NCBI GenBank assembly: GCA_041909865.1
Contig: JAYRRZ010000060.1
Span: forward strand, 2,928-66,927
Origin: Candidatus Altimarinota bacterium
GTDB lineage: Bacteria; Patescibacteriota; Gracilibacteria; BD1-5; UBA2023
Reading direction: 5' to 3'
Length of the DNA: 64,000 nt
The notes under the pieces are model-generated. The model saw only the letters and a list, made by a program, of their open reading frames with translations, did no database searches and was not told the DNA's origin. Within the stretch, counting starts at the first letter, position 1. Each line of letters begins with the position of its first letter. Positions 17,952 through 26,748 of this stretch are shown piece after piece. Both the position numbers and the translations under genes were made by a program.

Positions 17952-18308
17952 TTAATTGTTCAAATTAAACTCCCTCAACGTAAGAATGGTGGAATAAGTG
18001 TGCATTGCTTGTAATTGTGCAATAAGTAGAGCCTGATCTGTATAAGGAAGCATTTCAATTTTATCGCTATGCACAAACTTTTCCAGCTTTCCAATCTTTT
18101 CCTCTAACTGAGCAATTTCACCAATTATCCGCTGGTGAAACGGCGGCAAAGATTGTACATGACCGATAGGGATGTAGGTTTTTTCAAATACCTCTTTTGG
18201 ACTCCAACTGATATACCCATCTTCATACTTTACAGCATATCCTTCTTTACCGTCTTTTTCTTGCTCCCACGCAGTAACTTGCTTGGTGCCAATATATTCT
18301 TGTGTCAT
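17952..18308 (-). CDS. hypothetical protein
   Basis: 118 aa; YIGTKQVTAW..GYAVKYEDGYISWSPKEVFEKTY recalls a widespread phage N-terminal domain of unknown function. Confidence 0.55.
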   Translation of the reverse strand: MTQEYIGTKQVTAWEQEKDGKEGYAVKYEDGYISWSPKEVFEKTYIPIGHVQSLPPFHQRIIGEIAQLEEKIGKLEKFVHSDKIEMLPYTDQALLIAQLQAMHTYSTILTLREFNLNN

Positions 18309-18331
18309 ATCATTTTCCTCTGTAAATTAAT

Positions 18332-18643
18332 TTAATAGCTAGGAAGTTGTCCTCGCCTGTTAAGTTCCATTCTTGTAACAATTCTGGCCTCTTGGAATAT
18401 TAGCATACTCTGTTCCTCTCCAAGAGATTCTTCTAGCAGCAACAATACCTTCTCCTGAATATTTTCACTTGCTTCAGAATACATCATTCCAACATAATTT
18501 TCCATTACAGTGTTGAGGAATGTATCTAAATTTTCAGATTTAGTTGTATCTTTAATCAATTTTCCATTAGAATAATCAATATTCTTACTGATGTCATCCC
18601 ACAAACCAGACATTTCTTTTGTAATTTTATCAAACTCATTCAT
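18332..18643 (-). CDS. hypothetical protein
   Basis: start at MNEFDK (ATG 18643) overlapping the upstream stop. Confidence 0.5.
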   Translation of the reverse strand: MNEFDKITKEMSGLWDDISKNIDYSNGKLIKDTTKSENLDTFLNTVMENYVGMMYSEASENIQEKVLLLLEESLGEEQSMLIFQEARIVTRMELNRRGQLPSY

Positions 18644-18908
18644 TTGACATCTTCCTGTACGTGTCAACAATTTGTTCCAATTGTACACTGTAATTTATTA
18701 GCTGTTCTATCGTACCACGATAAAGTTTAACAACTTCGCCATCCGGCGTACTTGGACCAATTTGCTTCACTATCAATTCCGGCCTACTTACAGCAGGAGG
18801 AGAGGGGATTTTAGCTGCTACATATTGCGGCTTGCAAAAGAATCCCCCACAACCAGTGAGAATTGTAGTTCCGCAGCAAAACAAAACAACAAATTTAAAA
18901 TTTCGCAC
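18636..18908 (-). CDS. o-spanin (Rz1-like outer-membrane lipoprotein)
   Basis: 90 aa; signal + lipobox LTGC, Pro-rich mature part; lies after the i-spanin candidate. Confidence 0.6.
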   Translation of the reverse strand: MRNFKFVVLFCCGTTILTGCGGFFCKPQYVAAKIPSPPAVSRPELIVKQIGPSTPDGEVVKLYRGTIEQLINYSVQLEQIVDTYRKMSNE

Positions 18909-19056
18909 ATCATTCCTCCAACAGCAATCACCTATGCCGCTAAATCGCTTTCTAAGGGCCGTAGAAGCCCATTGTATGCCCGCCCCTACCCTTATGTACT
19001 ACTCAACACGCAGACAGGGCTTAAAACGCATTCTACGCGGTTTTAGCTATTCTCAG

Positions 19057-19398
19057 TCACTTTACATCAAAGCTGATATTACTAGCCTCATCCCGCAAAT
19101 ATTGCACGCTGGAAGGACAATCCTTTGGCTGTAAGCCAGAAAGAATCTTCCTCACCCTTTCTTCCCCTTGCTGATGCACAACAATAAGCTGTTTTGATAA
19201 TTCTCCAACAGCCTCTTGTTGCTTGACATACTCCCTGTGCCGTTCATCAAGGAGGGATTCATATCCCTGATTCTGCACAGACAACAACTTGTTGTCAAGT
19301 TCTAAATCCTTAACGTGTACATTCAAATACACAATCCAAGCTAGGAACACAGCAATACATCCGTATTGAATTAAACGTGTTATTGGAATTCCGTACAT
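19057..19398 (-). CDS. i-spanin (Rz-like)
   Basis: 113 aa; N-terminal TM helix IQYGCIAVFLAWIVYL followed by a coiled-coil periplasmic domain. Confidence 0.6.
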   Translation of the reverse strand: MYGIPITRLIQYGCIAVFLAWIVYLNVHVKDLELDNKLLSVQNQGYESLLDERHREYVKQQEAVGELSKQLIVVHQQGEERVRKILSGLQPKDCPSSVQYLRDEASNISFDVK

Positions 19399-19796
19399 GG
19401 AAGTTCTCCTGTCTCAATCCCTACCAACCACAAAGTTTCTTCCAGCGGGGAATAATCACTATACCAAGCGTCTTCATCCTTGAACTCGTAACGGAAGCCT
19501 TTTCTACTCTCATCCATTGTGTTCACCACAACAAGTTTTGAATAATATTCTGAATTTGCATGACCATCTACAATTCCAACAGAGATTGGTAAGCCAAGAT
19601 GATGTACTACATACTCAATCATATCCACAACAGCCGTGTGGTAGTAGTGCTCCTCGTCTCCGAGATAGAAAGAACCAGACAACGTATTTTGATCTTCCGT
19701 ATTCTCATAATGAAACACAAAGAAATTGTCTTCCACTTTGTACTTGAACACAGCTTTCTTCACTGGAACATTAAAATTCATCTTCATTTCTTCCAA
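19380..19796 (-). CDS. hypothetical protein
   Basis: 138 aa, same-strand array. Confidence 0.5.
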   Translation of the reverse strand: MEEMKMNFNVPVKKAVFKYKVEDNFFVFHYENTEDQNTLSGSFYLGDEEHYYHTAVVDMIEYVVHHLGLPISVGIVDGHANSEYYSKLVVVNTMDESRKGFRYEFKDEDAWYSDYSPLEETLWLVGIETGELPCTEFQ

Positions 19797-19966
19797 ATAA
19801 TAAATTGACCAATGTATCTATCTCCTTCGGAGACAATGTATTTCTTCTCCCACAACGTATCTTGTGATCCATACAAGCACACAATCTTGTGTTTTATATT
19901 GTCTTGACGAAGACCACTCTTATCCTCATCAAGAAAAAGAGAAGCAAATTGTTTGAATGTTAGCAT
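19784..19966 (-). CDS. hypothetical protein
   Basis: start taken at MLTFKQ (19966), 7-nt overlap with upstream stop. Confidence 0.45.
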   Translation of the reverse strand: MLTFKQFASLFLDEDKSGLRQDNIKHKIVCLYGSQDTLWEKKYIVSEGDRYIGQFIIWKK

Positions 19967-20226
19967 TCTTTCCTCTCCGCTTCCCATCTTTGCTTCGCAA
20001 ACAAGAAAATCAGCTTGTTGAAGAACAAGCATTCTTCATCACCAGAAATAGTTCCACACTCACAACATTCGTTGTAATACAATCCTTCTTCAACAGAATA
20101 CAATTCCTCTCCACAGGAGAGGTGTTCTTTCAAGTTGAGTGTGATGTTATCTACCTCATACACTCTAACTAAACTCTTGTGTCCGCACACAGGACACAAT
20201 GTATCCCTCTTTAATGGAAAGTTCAT
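19960..20226 (-). CDS. zinc-ribbon protein
   Basis: 88 aa, CPVCG ... CCECG; first gene after promoter 20257-20285. Confidence 0.5.
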   Translation of the reverse strand: MNFPLKRDTLCPVCGHKSLVRVYEVDNITLNLKEHLSCGEELYSVEEGLYYNECCECGTISGDEECLFFNKLIFLFAKQRWEAERKEC

Positions 20227-20256
20227 CTCTATTCCCTATACACAACACATATTCCT

Positions 20257-20285
20257 ACTGTATTACACACAACAATTGTTGTCAA
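20257..20285 (-). promoter_or_regulatory. sigma70-type promoter (leftward) with palindromic spacer
   Basis: minus strand TTGACA (20285-20280), 17 nt, TACAGT (20262-20257); spacer contains the perfect palindrome ACAACAATTGTTGT. Confidence 0.55.
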
Positions 20286-20318
20286 TAGGAAGTTACAAAG
20301 AATTACAATAGTATATAT

Positions 20319-20365
20319 TGTACAGCATGGTGCTGTACACAAGACACATGTTGTGCAAAGCACAA
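20319..20365. promoter_or_regulatory. conserved control element: TGTACAGCA-N3-TGCTGTACA palindrome + TTGTGCAAAGCACAA hairpin
   Basis: repeated with the same order and spacing at 40382-40426; the hairpin alone is also at 32410-32423. Confidence 0.6.
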
Positions 20366-20671
20366 AGAGCGATACAAGAACAACAGTGTTGTGTAGGGAA
20401 CTTTTCTTGAAGTAATCCTCGGCGAACTTCGTTCGTCGGAGAATTGTCTGACAAGAATAGTGGAGCTATGAATGTAACAAGAGATGTGTTTCTTTTATTT
20501 AATTTATAAAATAATTCTTATTGTCATGTTTGTATGTAGGGCGGTGAGCGGTAGCTCAGAAGGTATTCTTAAATTCTCTTCTCTCTACTTCTAAGAGGAG
20601 AGGCTGGAAAGCCTTGTCTCCCAAGGGTTTCAATTTTTGAGATATCTGAGTTCAGATACAACACTCCTCTA

Positions 20672-20700
20672 TTGACACATGTAAAACTTGATGTTATCAT
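20672..20700 (+). promoter_or_regulatory. sigma70-type early promoter (rightward)
   Basis: TTGACA (20672-20677), 17 nt, TATCAT (20695-20700); 43 nt upstream of the ATG at 20743 with SD AGGAGG. Confidence 0.65.
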
Positions 20701-20742
20701 AAAAAAAAAAAGCGACAGACAGGAACTACTCTAGGAGGAAAA

Positions 20743-21978
20743 ATGGCAGAATGTATTGAAGTTCTTGACAAGATTTGTGGTAGCGGAAAGAGTACAGAGT
20801 TGTTCAAGTGGATGAATAGCAATCCAAATGAAAGATGGATGTACATCACTCCACTCTTGTCCGAGATTGATGAGCGACTTCCCAAAGAAGTTCCAGATTT
20901 GGAGTTCTTTACTCCTCAAAGCTGGTACTACGGGAAAGAAGATAAGATGACCAAATCTGAGCATCTTTTAACTCTTTTGAATAGGGGTGTCAACGTTGCT
21001 TTCACTCATTCTTTGTTTAGATTACTAACTGAAGCTCACATGGAGGCTGTTAAGAAATGGGGATACACTCTTGTTATCGACGAAGAATGCAGTCTTATTG
21101 AATCGGCATCTAATGAATATACAAAAGGAGATATTGACCATCTTTTGAAATCGGGTTGCATTGAGATACAAGAAAACAATCTAGGAATGGTTGTTTGGAA
21201 AGACAACAGTATCACTCCAGATGGGGATTGGAAGTATAAGGAAATGAAGATGCTTGCCGATCTTCAAATGCTCTACTGCGCTAAACGAGATCATGGGATG
21301 ATTACTGTACATCTTCCGATTGCTCTCGTTGGTTGTGCAAAGCGAGTGATACTCTCTTCCTACCTGTTTGATGGTAGCACCATGTCCGCATTCGTACAAA
21401 TGAAGGGGATGATTGTTACACCTTTCCTAGATGTTGTCGTGAATGATTATGGAAAGAAGGAACGGTTGAAAGACCTGATAGAGATTGTTCGGCCACGCAA
21501 TGAAAAAGTGATAGACGAGATTGGTCTGTCTCACACACAGTCTAAATCTTTGTCTGAGAAGAATGTAGAAATCTTGCAAAAAGCGATGTATGCTGTTGCT
21601 CACTCCTGTAAAGCAAAAGCTAAAGATATCATGTGGACTTCTCGCAAGGACTTAGCTTTTCACGAGAAAGGTTTTCCAAAACTGAAGCCTCGGTGTATGC
21701 CTGCCGATGAATGTTTTGTTTCTTGCAATGCCAGAGCAACGAATGACTACGCTCACAAGTGGATGCTACTGCATGTCTATGACCGACACCCACATCAAGC
21801 GTTGAAGGCTTATCTGGAAGACTATGGTTTTCCTATTGACAAAGATCGCTATGCTTTGGCGGAAATGATTCAGTGGGTGTTTCGCAGTAGGGTTAGAAAG
21901 GGGGAAAAGATCAAGCTGTCAATCTTTTCGAAACGTATGCGTACAATTTTCTTGAATTGGTTGTACGAAACCCCTTGA
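20743..21978 (+). CDS. P-loop NTPase of unknown family
   Basis: 411 aa; Walker A CGSGKST, Walker B TLVIDEE; first gene of the rightward early operon. Confidence 0.6.
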   Translation: MAECIEVLDKICGSGKSTELFKWMNSNPNERWMYITPLLSEIDERLPKEVPDLEFFTPQSWYYGKEDKMTKSEHLLTLLNRGVNVAFTHSLFRLLTEAHMEAVKKWGYTLVIDEECSLIESASNEYTKGDIDHLLKSGCIEIQENNLGMVVWKDNSITPDGDWKYKEMKMLADLQMLYCAKRDHGMITVHLPIALVGCAKRVILSSYLFDGSTMSAFVQMKGMIVTPFLDVVVNDYGKKERLKDLIEIVRPRNEKVIDEIGLSHTQSKSLSEKNVEILQKAMYAVAHSCKAKAKDIMWTSRKDLAFHEKGFPKLKPRCMPADECFVSCNARATNDYAHKWMLLHVYDRHPHQALKAYLEDYGFPIDKDRYALAEMIQWVFRSRVRKGEKIKLSIFSKRMRTIFLNWLYETP

Positions 21979-22003
21979 CACCCCTCCCAAAAAGGAGTAC
22001 ATT
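21975..22003 (+). promoter_or_regulatory. promoter, TTGACACCCCTC class
   Basis: TTGACA 21975-21980 (contains the TGA stop of the preceding gene), 17 nt, TACATT 21998-22003. Confidence 0.5.
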
Positions 22004-22101
22004 GCAAAAACTAAGCCCTCTACACACATTGTTCACCCCTCAAATGTGATACTGGATGAAGTGGATTATGAGGAACAATGTCCGTTTTGAGGAGAAGGAA
22101 A

Positions 22102-22293
22102 ATGACCAAGCCAACAATTAACTCCATCTACAAAGAATGTAACATTCGTGTGTATAATGGAAGCTGGTATGTACAAAAGCATGTGTTGGATAGTGTGCTT
22201 GAGAAGGTGATTGAGAAGGCGTACAATGCTGGATATGTAGACGCCGACAAGGCTAATTGTGAACAGTTTGTAAACTTTGGAGAAGAGAAATGA
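22102..22293 (+). CDS. hypothetical protein
   Basis: start at MTKPT with SD AGGAG; ATGA overlap with next ORF. Confidence 0.5.
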   Translation: MTKPTINSIYKECNIRVYNGSWYVQKHVLDSVLEKVIEKAYNAGYVDADKANCEQFVNFGEEK

Positions 22294-22463
22294 ACCTCCG
22301 CAAACGATTGAAACAACGTGCTGTGAAGATTAAGTGTGACAGGGAAAAATGGAAAGAGATGTTGACAATCAATCGTGAAACTCATTCTTTCATTCGTGTT
22401 GATTGGAATTCAATTCATTATTGCTGGCATATTGCCGATTGCTATTGGAGCAAACCAAAATGA
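22290..22463 (+). CDS. hypothetical basic protein (57 aa)
   Basis: not in ORF track; ATGA overlaps at both ends. Confidence 0.4.
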   Translation: MNLRKRLKQRAVKIKCDREKWKEMLTINRETHSFIRVDWNSIHYCWHIADCYWSKPK

Positions 22464-22663
22464 CCCTCTACGCCTCTTGTGGACATGCCATTAAAGACGG
22501 AGAACACGATATTGTGTGCTCCATGAAAGCCCTCTCTCGTGAAGGGGATAGGTGCATTCATATTGGCTCTTTGTGTGAAGATTGTTATTCCATCTCTCTT
22601 GAGCTTGGCGAAATCCTTCGGACGGAAGGAGAAGAGATGAGTTGGTTGAGAGGGAAAGAATAA
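22460..22663 (+). CDS. small Cys-rich protein
   Basis: start at MTLYASCGH; TAATG overlap with the dam start. Confidence 0.45.
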   Translation: MTLYASCGHAIKDGEHDIVCSMKALSREGDRCIHIGSLCEDCYSISLELGEILRTEGEEMSWLRGKE

Positions 22664-23364
22664 TGCGGTATTTTGGTGGAAAGCAACGAATCAGTAAACC
22701 ATTGGCAGCATTCCTGAACAGTCAATTGAAACCTGAGCAGGCGTTCTATGACATGTTCTGTGGAAGCTGTAATGTTATCAGCAAGATTGATCCTAACCGA
22801 GACAGGATTGCTAATGATTTGCACAAAGAATTGATTGCAATGTGGCGATATGTACAACAAGGTGGGGAGTTGCCAGATGAAATCAGTGAAGAACAATATC
22901 AAGAGATTAAAGAGAGCGGTGAAGATTGGTTAAAAGGTTTTGTTGGATTTGGTTGCAGCTTTGCTGGTAAGTATTGGGGAGGATATGCTCGTGGTGGGGA
23001 TGGGCGTGACTATTGCCAGAATGCTAAAAATAGTACATTAAAGAAAATGAAATCCTTGCAAGATGTAATATTTACTAATCTTAATTATGAGGATTTGCAC
23101 ATCTCTCATAAGAGAGCAATGGTGTATTGTGATATCCCGTATAAAGACTCTGTTGGGTATAGTGTTGGAAATTTTGACCATGAAAAGTTTTATAAATGGG
23201 CGTCTTGGTGGTGGGGTCAAGGAAAACATGTAATTGTTAGTGAGTACAAGCACAATGTCCCTGAAGGATGGAAAATTGTGTGGGAATACGAAAGTAAGAA
23301 AGATATTCGTGATAAGAGTGGTATTCAGCAGCCTACTGTTGAAATTCTTATGACACCGTGTTGA
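22663..23364 (+). CDS. dam: DNA adenine methyltransferase, Dam (D12 class)
   Basis: MRYFGGKQRISKPL N-terminus, FCGSCNV (motif I), CDIPY (DPPY-type catalytic motif). Confidence 0.8.
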   Translation: MRYFGGKQRISKPLAAFLNSQLKPEQAFYDMFCGSCNVISKIDPNRDRIANDLHKELIAMWRYVQQGGELPDEISEEQYQEIKESGEDWLKGFVGFGCSFAGKYWGGYARGGDGRDYCQNAKNSTLKKMKSLQDVIFTNLNYEDLHISHKRAMVYCDIPYKDSVGYSVGNFDHEKFYKWASWWWGQGKHVIVSEYKHNVPEGWKIVWEYESKKDIRDKSGIQQPTVEILMTPC

Positions 23365-23389
23365 CACACCCTCTGTTGTTTGATATAGT
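23361..23389 (+). promoter_or_regulatory. promoter, TTGACAC class
   Basis: TTGACA 23361-23366 (embeds the dam TGA stop), 17 nt, TATAGT 23384-23389. Confidence 0.6.
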
Positions 23390-23421
23390 GCATGAAACTT
23401 AAATAGCTTTGGAACACAAAC

Positions 23422-23946
23422 ATGAACATCTTCGTCACCAATGAATGCCCTGTGCAAGCTGCTATTGAGCACTGTAACGTCCACCTTGTCAAAATGGCAA
23501 CTGAAAGCTGTCAAATTTTGTCAACTGTACATTACAATTTAACTGGAAAAGTTGTAGGTATGCAACCCACTCACCACTCGCACCCTTGTACAGTGTGGGC
23601 ATCTAAATGTTCAGGTAATTATTTATGGCTCTATGAGCACTATATTGAGTTATGTCACGAATACTATCGACGTTATGGAAAAGTTCATAATGCTTATCTT
23701 CATTCCGAGAAGTTAGTGCTTCCACCACAGAATATTCGAGCACATTCCCGCACATTCTTCGCCAAAGCCATGCCGGATGAGTTTAAAGCTATTCCAAATG
23801 CCGTGTTAGCCTATCAAGCCTATCTCAATCACAAGTTTGTTGGGTGGCGTACTCGCACAGACAAAAAGCAAATGCCGGTTGAGTGGACCAAGCGTAATGT
23901 GCCAAGTTGGGTGAATGTTGACAATATTTTTGGAGAATTGAAATGA
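23422..23946 (+). CDS. conserved phage protein, possibly pyrimidine-dimer DNA glycosylase-like
   Basis: MNIFVTNECPVQAAIEHCNVHLVKMATESCQILSTVH resembles an N-terminal signature often annotated this way; recollection only. Confidence 0.4.
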   Translation: MNIFVTNECPVQAAIEHCNVHLVKMATESCQILSTVHYNLTGKVVGMQPTHHSHPCTVWASKCSGNYLWLYEHYIELCHEYYRRYGKVHNAYLHSEKLVLPPQNIRAHSRTFFAKAMPDEFKAIPNAVLAYQAYLNHKFVGWRTRTDKKQMPVEWTKRNVPSWVNVDNIFGELK

Positions 23947-24131
23947 AGCTGTTCTTCCACACCCCTCCCTCTGGTGGTTGGACTGTTGTAAAAGATCAAG
24001 ATGGAAAACTTGTCTATGAAGGGCATAGCCGGTGTAGTGATCTTATTGAAGAAATTCTTTTCTTCGCGGGTATTCAATTTGAACGTATTGAATGGGAAAG
24101 TGACGAGTCTTTTGAAGAGGAGTTTTGCTAA
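23943..24131 (+). CDS. hypothetical protein
   Basis: 62 aa, ATGA overlap upstream. Confidence 0.45.
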   Translation: MKLFFHTPPSGGWTVVKDQDGKLVYEGHSRCSDLIEEILFFAGIQFERIEWESDESFEEEFC

Positions 24132-24389
24132 ATGACTCGCGAAGAATTTTATGAGAAGTACGGGGATGTGGTTGTAAAGTTTATAAGCTATTACAAGTAC
24201 ACGTTTACATATGGAGCTTCCTTTGCAGATGGTAAGCGCCTTCTCTGCCATTACGGTGGAAACTCAGACGAAATCTATCGTTTTGAAATGGTAGACGGAG
24301 AAGAAATCCTGTTGAAAAACCTTGAGCCATACTCTGGTGAGGTATATGATAGCAACCACAAATTGTTGGATGAATTTTATGACTACTAG
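24132..24389 (+). CDS. hypothetical protein
   Basis: 85 aa, abuts previous stop. Confidence 0.5.
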   Translation: MTREEFYEKYGDVVVKFISYYKYTFTYGASFADGKRLLCHYGGNSDEIYRFEMVDGEEILLKNLEPYSGEVYDSNHKLLDEFYDY

Positions 24390-24597
24390 CCTAATCAAAC
24401 TCACACCCCTTGAAACAAATTGTTTCTACATTTGGCGTGTCTTTGCGCCAGCTATCATTGGAAAGATATGGCGTGATAGTTTTGTTACAGACAACAAGTG
24501 GGAATATCAAGGATGGGGATGGACAAGTGTTACGCTGGAAGAGATGAAAGAAATTGTAACCAAGTTGGAGGAGATGAATAATGCCGGGGAAGAATAG
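24379..24597 (+). CDS. hypothetical protein
   Basis: start at MTTSLIK, 11-nt overlap. Confidence 0.45.
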   Translation: MTTSLIKLTPLETNCFYIWRVFAPAIIGKIWRDSFVTDNKWEYQGWGWTSVTLEEMKEIVTKLEEMNNAGEE

Positions 24598-24805
24598 GCC
24601 ATCCAAACTCATTCGCAGGAAAGCATATGAGGACGTATACTCTCGGAAAGGGATGCCGCCTCGTCCAGAGGACGTAGCTTTCTATGCTGATGCGAATCAT
24701 CAAGAGTTGTACGTCAAAGTGTACACACAAGTGATGAATATGTATTGGCATTTTGAGAGTGTGATTGAAGATATGAACATGATTTATGGAGAAAGTAATG
24801 CCTGA
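24581..24805 (+). CDS. hypothetical protein
   Basis: 74 aa. Confidence 0.45.
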   Translation: MPGKNRPSKLIRRKAYEDVYSRKGMPPRPEDVAFYADANHQELYVKVYTQVMNMYWHFESVIEDMNMIYGESNA

Positions 24806-25460
24806 TTTCAAGAATGAGCAGTTTTGGTTAATGCAAGGGGACTGTCTGGAACGGATGAAAGAAATTCCGGATGGCAGCGTGGATATGGTGTTGTCTGACA
24901 TACCCTACGGAGAGGTAAATCAAAAGAGCGGTGGACTTAGAAAACTAGACCGAGAAAAAGCAGATGAATGTAATATAAATCTTGAGACACTGATTCAAGA
25001 GTATTATAGAGTTTGTAACGGCAGTTTTTATGTCTTTTGTGGAACACAGCAAATTTCAGAAATTATTACACACTTTAAAGATTTCGGTTTGACTACAAGA
25101 CTGTGCGCTTGGGAAAAATCAAACCCTAGCCCCATGAATGGTGATAAAATGTGGTTGAGCGGACTGGAGTTTTGTGTCTTCGCAAGAAAGCCTAAATCAA
25201 TCTTCAACGAGCATTGTCAAAAAGGTTTGTGGAAGAACCCTGTAGGAAGATCGAAAATACACCCTACAGAAAAGCCAGCGGCCCTAATGCAAAGGCTTAT
25301 TTTAGCAAGCTCGAATAGTGGAGATACGGTCCTTGATTGCACAATGGGTAGCGGCAGTACAGGTGTGGCTTGCTTGAATACAGGTCGCAAATTTATCGGT
25401 ATTGAACTTGACGCAACTTATTTTGATATAGCTAAAAACAGGATTCTTGAAAATGTATAA
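24798..25460 (+). CDS. DNA methyltransferase, beta-class N6A/N4C (DPPY-first order)
   Basis: SDIPYGE catalytic motif near the N-terminus, TVLDCTMGSGSTGVA AdoMet motif near the C-terminus, HPTEKP. Confidence 0.8.
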   Translation: MPDFKNEQFWLMQGDCLERMKEIPDGSVDMVLSDIPYGEVNQKSGGLRKLDREKADECNINLETLIQEYYRVCNGSFYVFCGTQQISEIITHFKDFGLTTRLCAWEKSNPSPMNGDKMWLSGLEFCVFARKPKSIFNEHCQKGLWKNPVGRSKIHPTEKPAALMQRLILASSNSGDTVLDCTMGSGSTGVACLNTGRKFIGIELDATYFDIAKNRILENV

Positions 25461-25767
25461 TTCAATCTACAAAACATACATTTGTTCAATGTCGTATATT
25501 GACAAGGAATATTTGATCGAATATGATTTTTACAAGGGGTATCCACAGACACAATGGGAGCCTGAGGAGCCACCAGAAGTAGTCCCAAAATGCACAATTG
25601 ATGCAAGCGGACGCAAGATTGGATTGGAACATTACGATATGGAGTTTGTCCGAGAAGCTGAACAAGTGTGTTGGGAGGATGCTTGGTTGCGAGTGGAAAA
25701 GCAGAGGGATTTGGATGATGAGAAAAGGATTGAGGCGTTTCAAGAGAAACTTAATAGGGGTTGGTGA
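25447..25767 (+). CDS. hypothetical protein
   Basis: 106 aa; start uncertain (25447 or 25453). Confidence 0.45.
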   Translation: MKMYNSIYKTYICSMSYIDKEYLIEYDFYKGYPQTQWEPEEPPEVVPKCTIDASGRKIGLEHYDMEFVREAEQVCWEDAWLRVEKQRDLDDEKRIEAFQEKLNRGW

Positions 25768-25834
25768 TGTTCTCGTTTCTCTCGAACATTTGGTGTTTCA
25801 GCCTCTGGCTTCACACCTGCGATGGAGATTATAG

Positions 25835-26164
25835 ATGACTAAAACCATTCACGATGCAATGGTGGATAACATCTCTTTGCTTCGCAAAGCAAGAGATAGT
25901 ATTATGCGTAAGCGAGTGGGGAATAAGGATGTGAAAGCCATTGTTGATGGTGTAATCTCTTCCCAACAATATTCTCGTCTTGCAGAGGAATATTTTAACG
26001 AGTATGTTTCTTGTTCAAATATTTCTTTGTACAAATATGATTTGGTTGTGGACCTGATTGCCTTGGATTACATGCTGAGTGAGATTCAAGATTATGATGT
26101 GTTCCATGAAAATGTGATGAAACAAATTAAGAGTAAATTTAATTTACTACCTTTGGAGGAATAA
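25835..26164 (+). CDS. hypothetical protein
   Basis: 109 aa. Confidence 0.5.
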   Translation: MTKTIHDAMVDNISLLRKARDSIMRKRVGNKDVKAIVDGVISSQQYSRLAEEYFNEYVSCSNISLYKYDLVVDLIALDYMLSEIQDYDVFHENVMKQIKSKFNLLPLEE

Positions 26165-26168
26165 AACA

Positions 26169-26498
26169 ATGGAATTTCGTGAAATTGGGGAATATGGCTT
26201 TTTTCAATTCTGTGTCTCTCTTGAACAGGCGTTCAAGGATGGGTATGAGTTGGATTTGGAAAGTAATGACAATTGTCCTCAGCAGATTGGAGCATATTAT
26301 CATGCGATTATGAAGAAGAGTGAAGTAGTTGCAAAATCTGTGGTGGAGTTGACAGCTACATTGAATGCACAGAATGCGATTGAAGGGATTAATCCTATCA
26401 AGGAAGCCGTGAAAGAAGAAGATATTGCAGCTTTGATTGAAAAGAATTTGGCTGTTAATGCAAGTAAGCCAGCCCGTGGACGAGGGGTGAAGAAATAA
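26169..26498 (+). CDS. hypothetical protein
   Basis: 109 aa. Confidence 0.5.
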   Translation: MEFREIGEYGFFQFCVSLEQAFKDGYELDLESNDNCPQQIGAYYHAIMKKSEVVAKSVVELTATLNAQNAIEGINPIKEAVKEEDIAALIEKNLAVNASKPARGRGVKK

Positions 26499-26686
26499 TG
26501 CCAAGTGAATATACACAGAACCAACAACGGGTGAATGCCTTTGTTGAGAGTTTGCAAGATTGGCAGAAGGATTGTTTGCTGCGACAGCTTATGATGGAAA
26601 TGCTTAGTCTGGATGAGATTGGATTTGATGGAAGCGAGCCATTCTGGACAAGTTGTGGTGATAGGGTGATGGATATGTTTAAGTGA
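26498..26686 (+). CDS. hypothetical protein
   Basis: 62 aa, TAATG overlap. Confidence 0.45.
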   Translation: MPSEYTQNQQRVNAFVESLQDWQKDCLLRQLMMEMLSLDEIGFDGSEPFWTSCGDRVMDMFK

Positions 26687-26690
26687 TTAA

Positions 26691-26738
26691 ATCCAGAGGA
26701 GGAGTTGCCGTTGGGTGATTTCTTCTCTGGATTTTTTT
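26691..26738 (+). terminator. rho-independent terminator
   Basis: ATCCAGAG ... CTCTGGAT (8 bp stem, long loop) followed by TTTTTTT. Confidence 0.6.
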
Positions 26739-26748
26739 GCTTTAGGGG

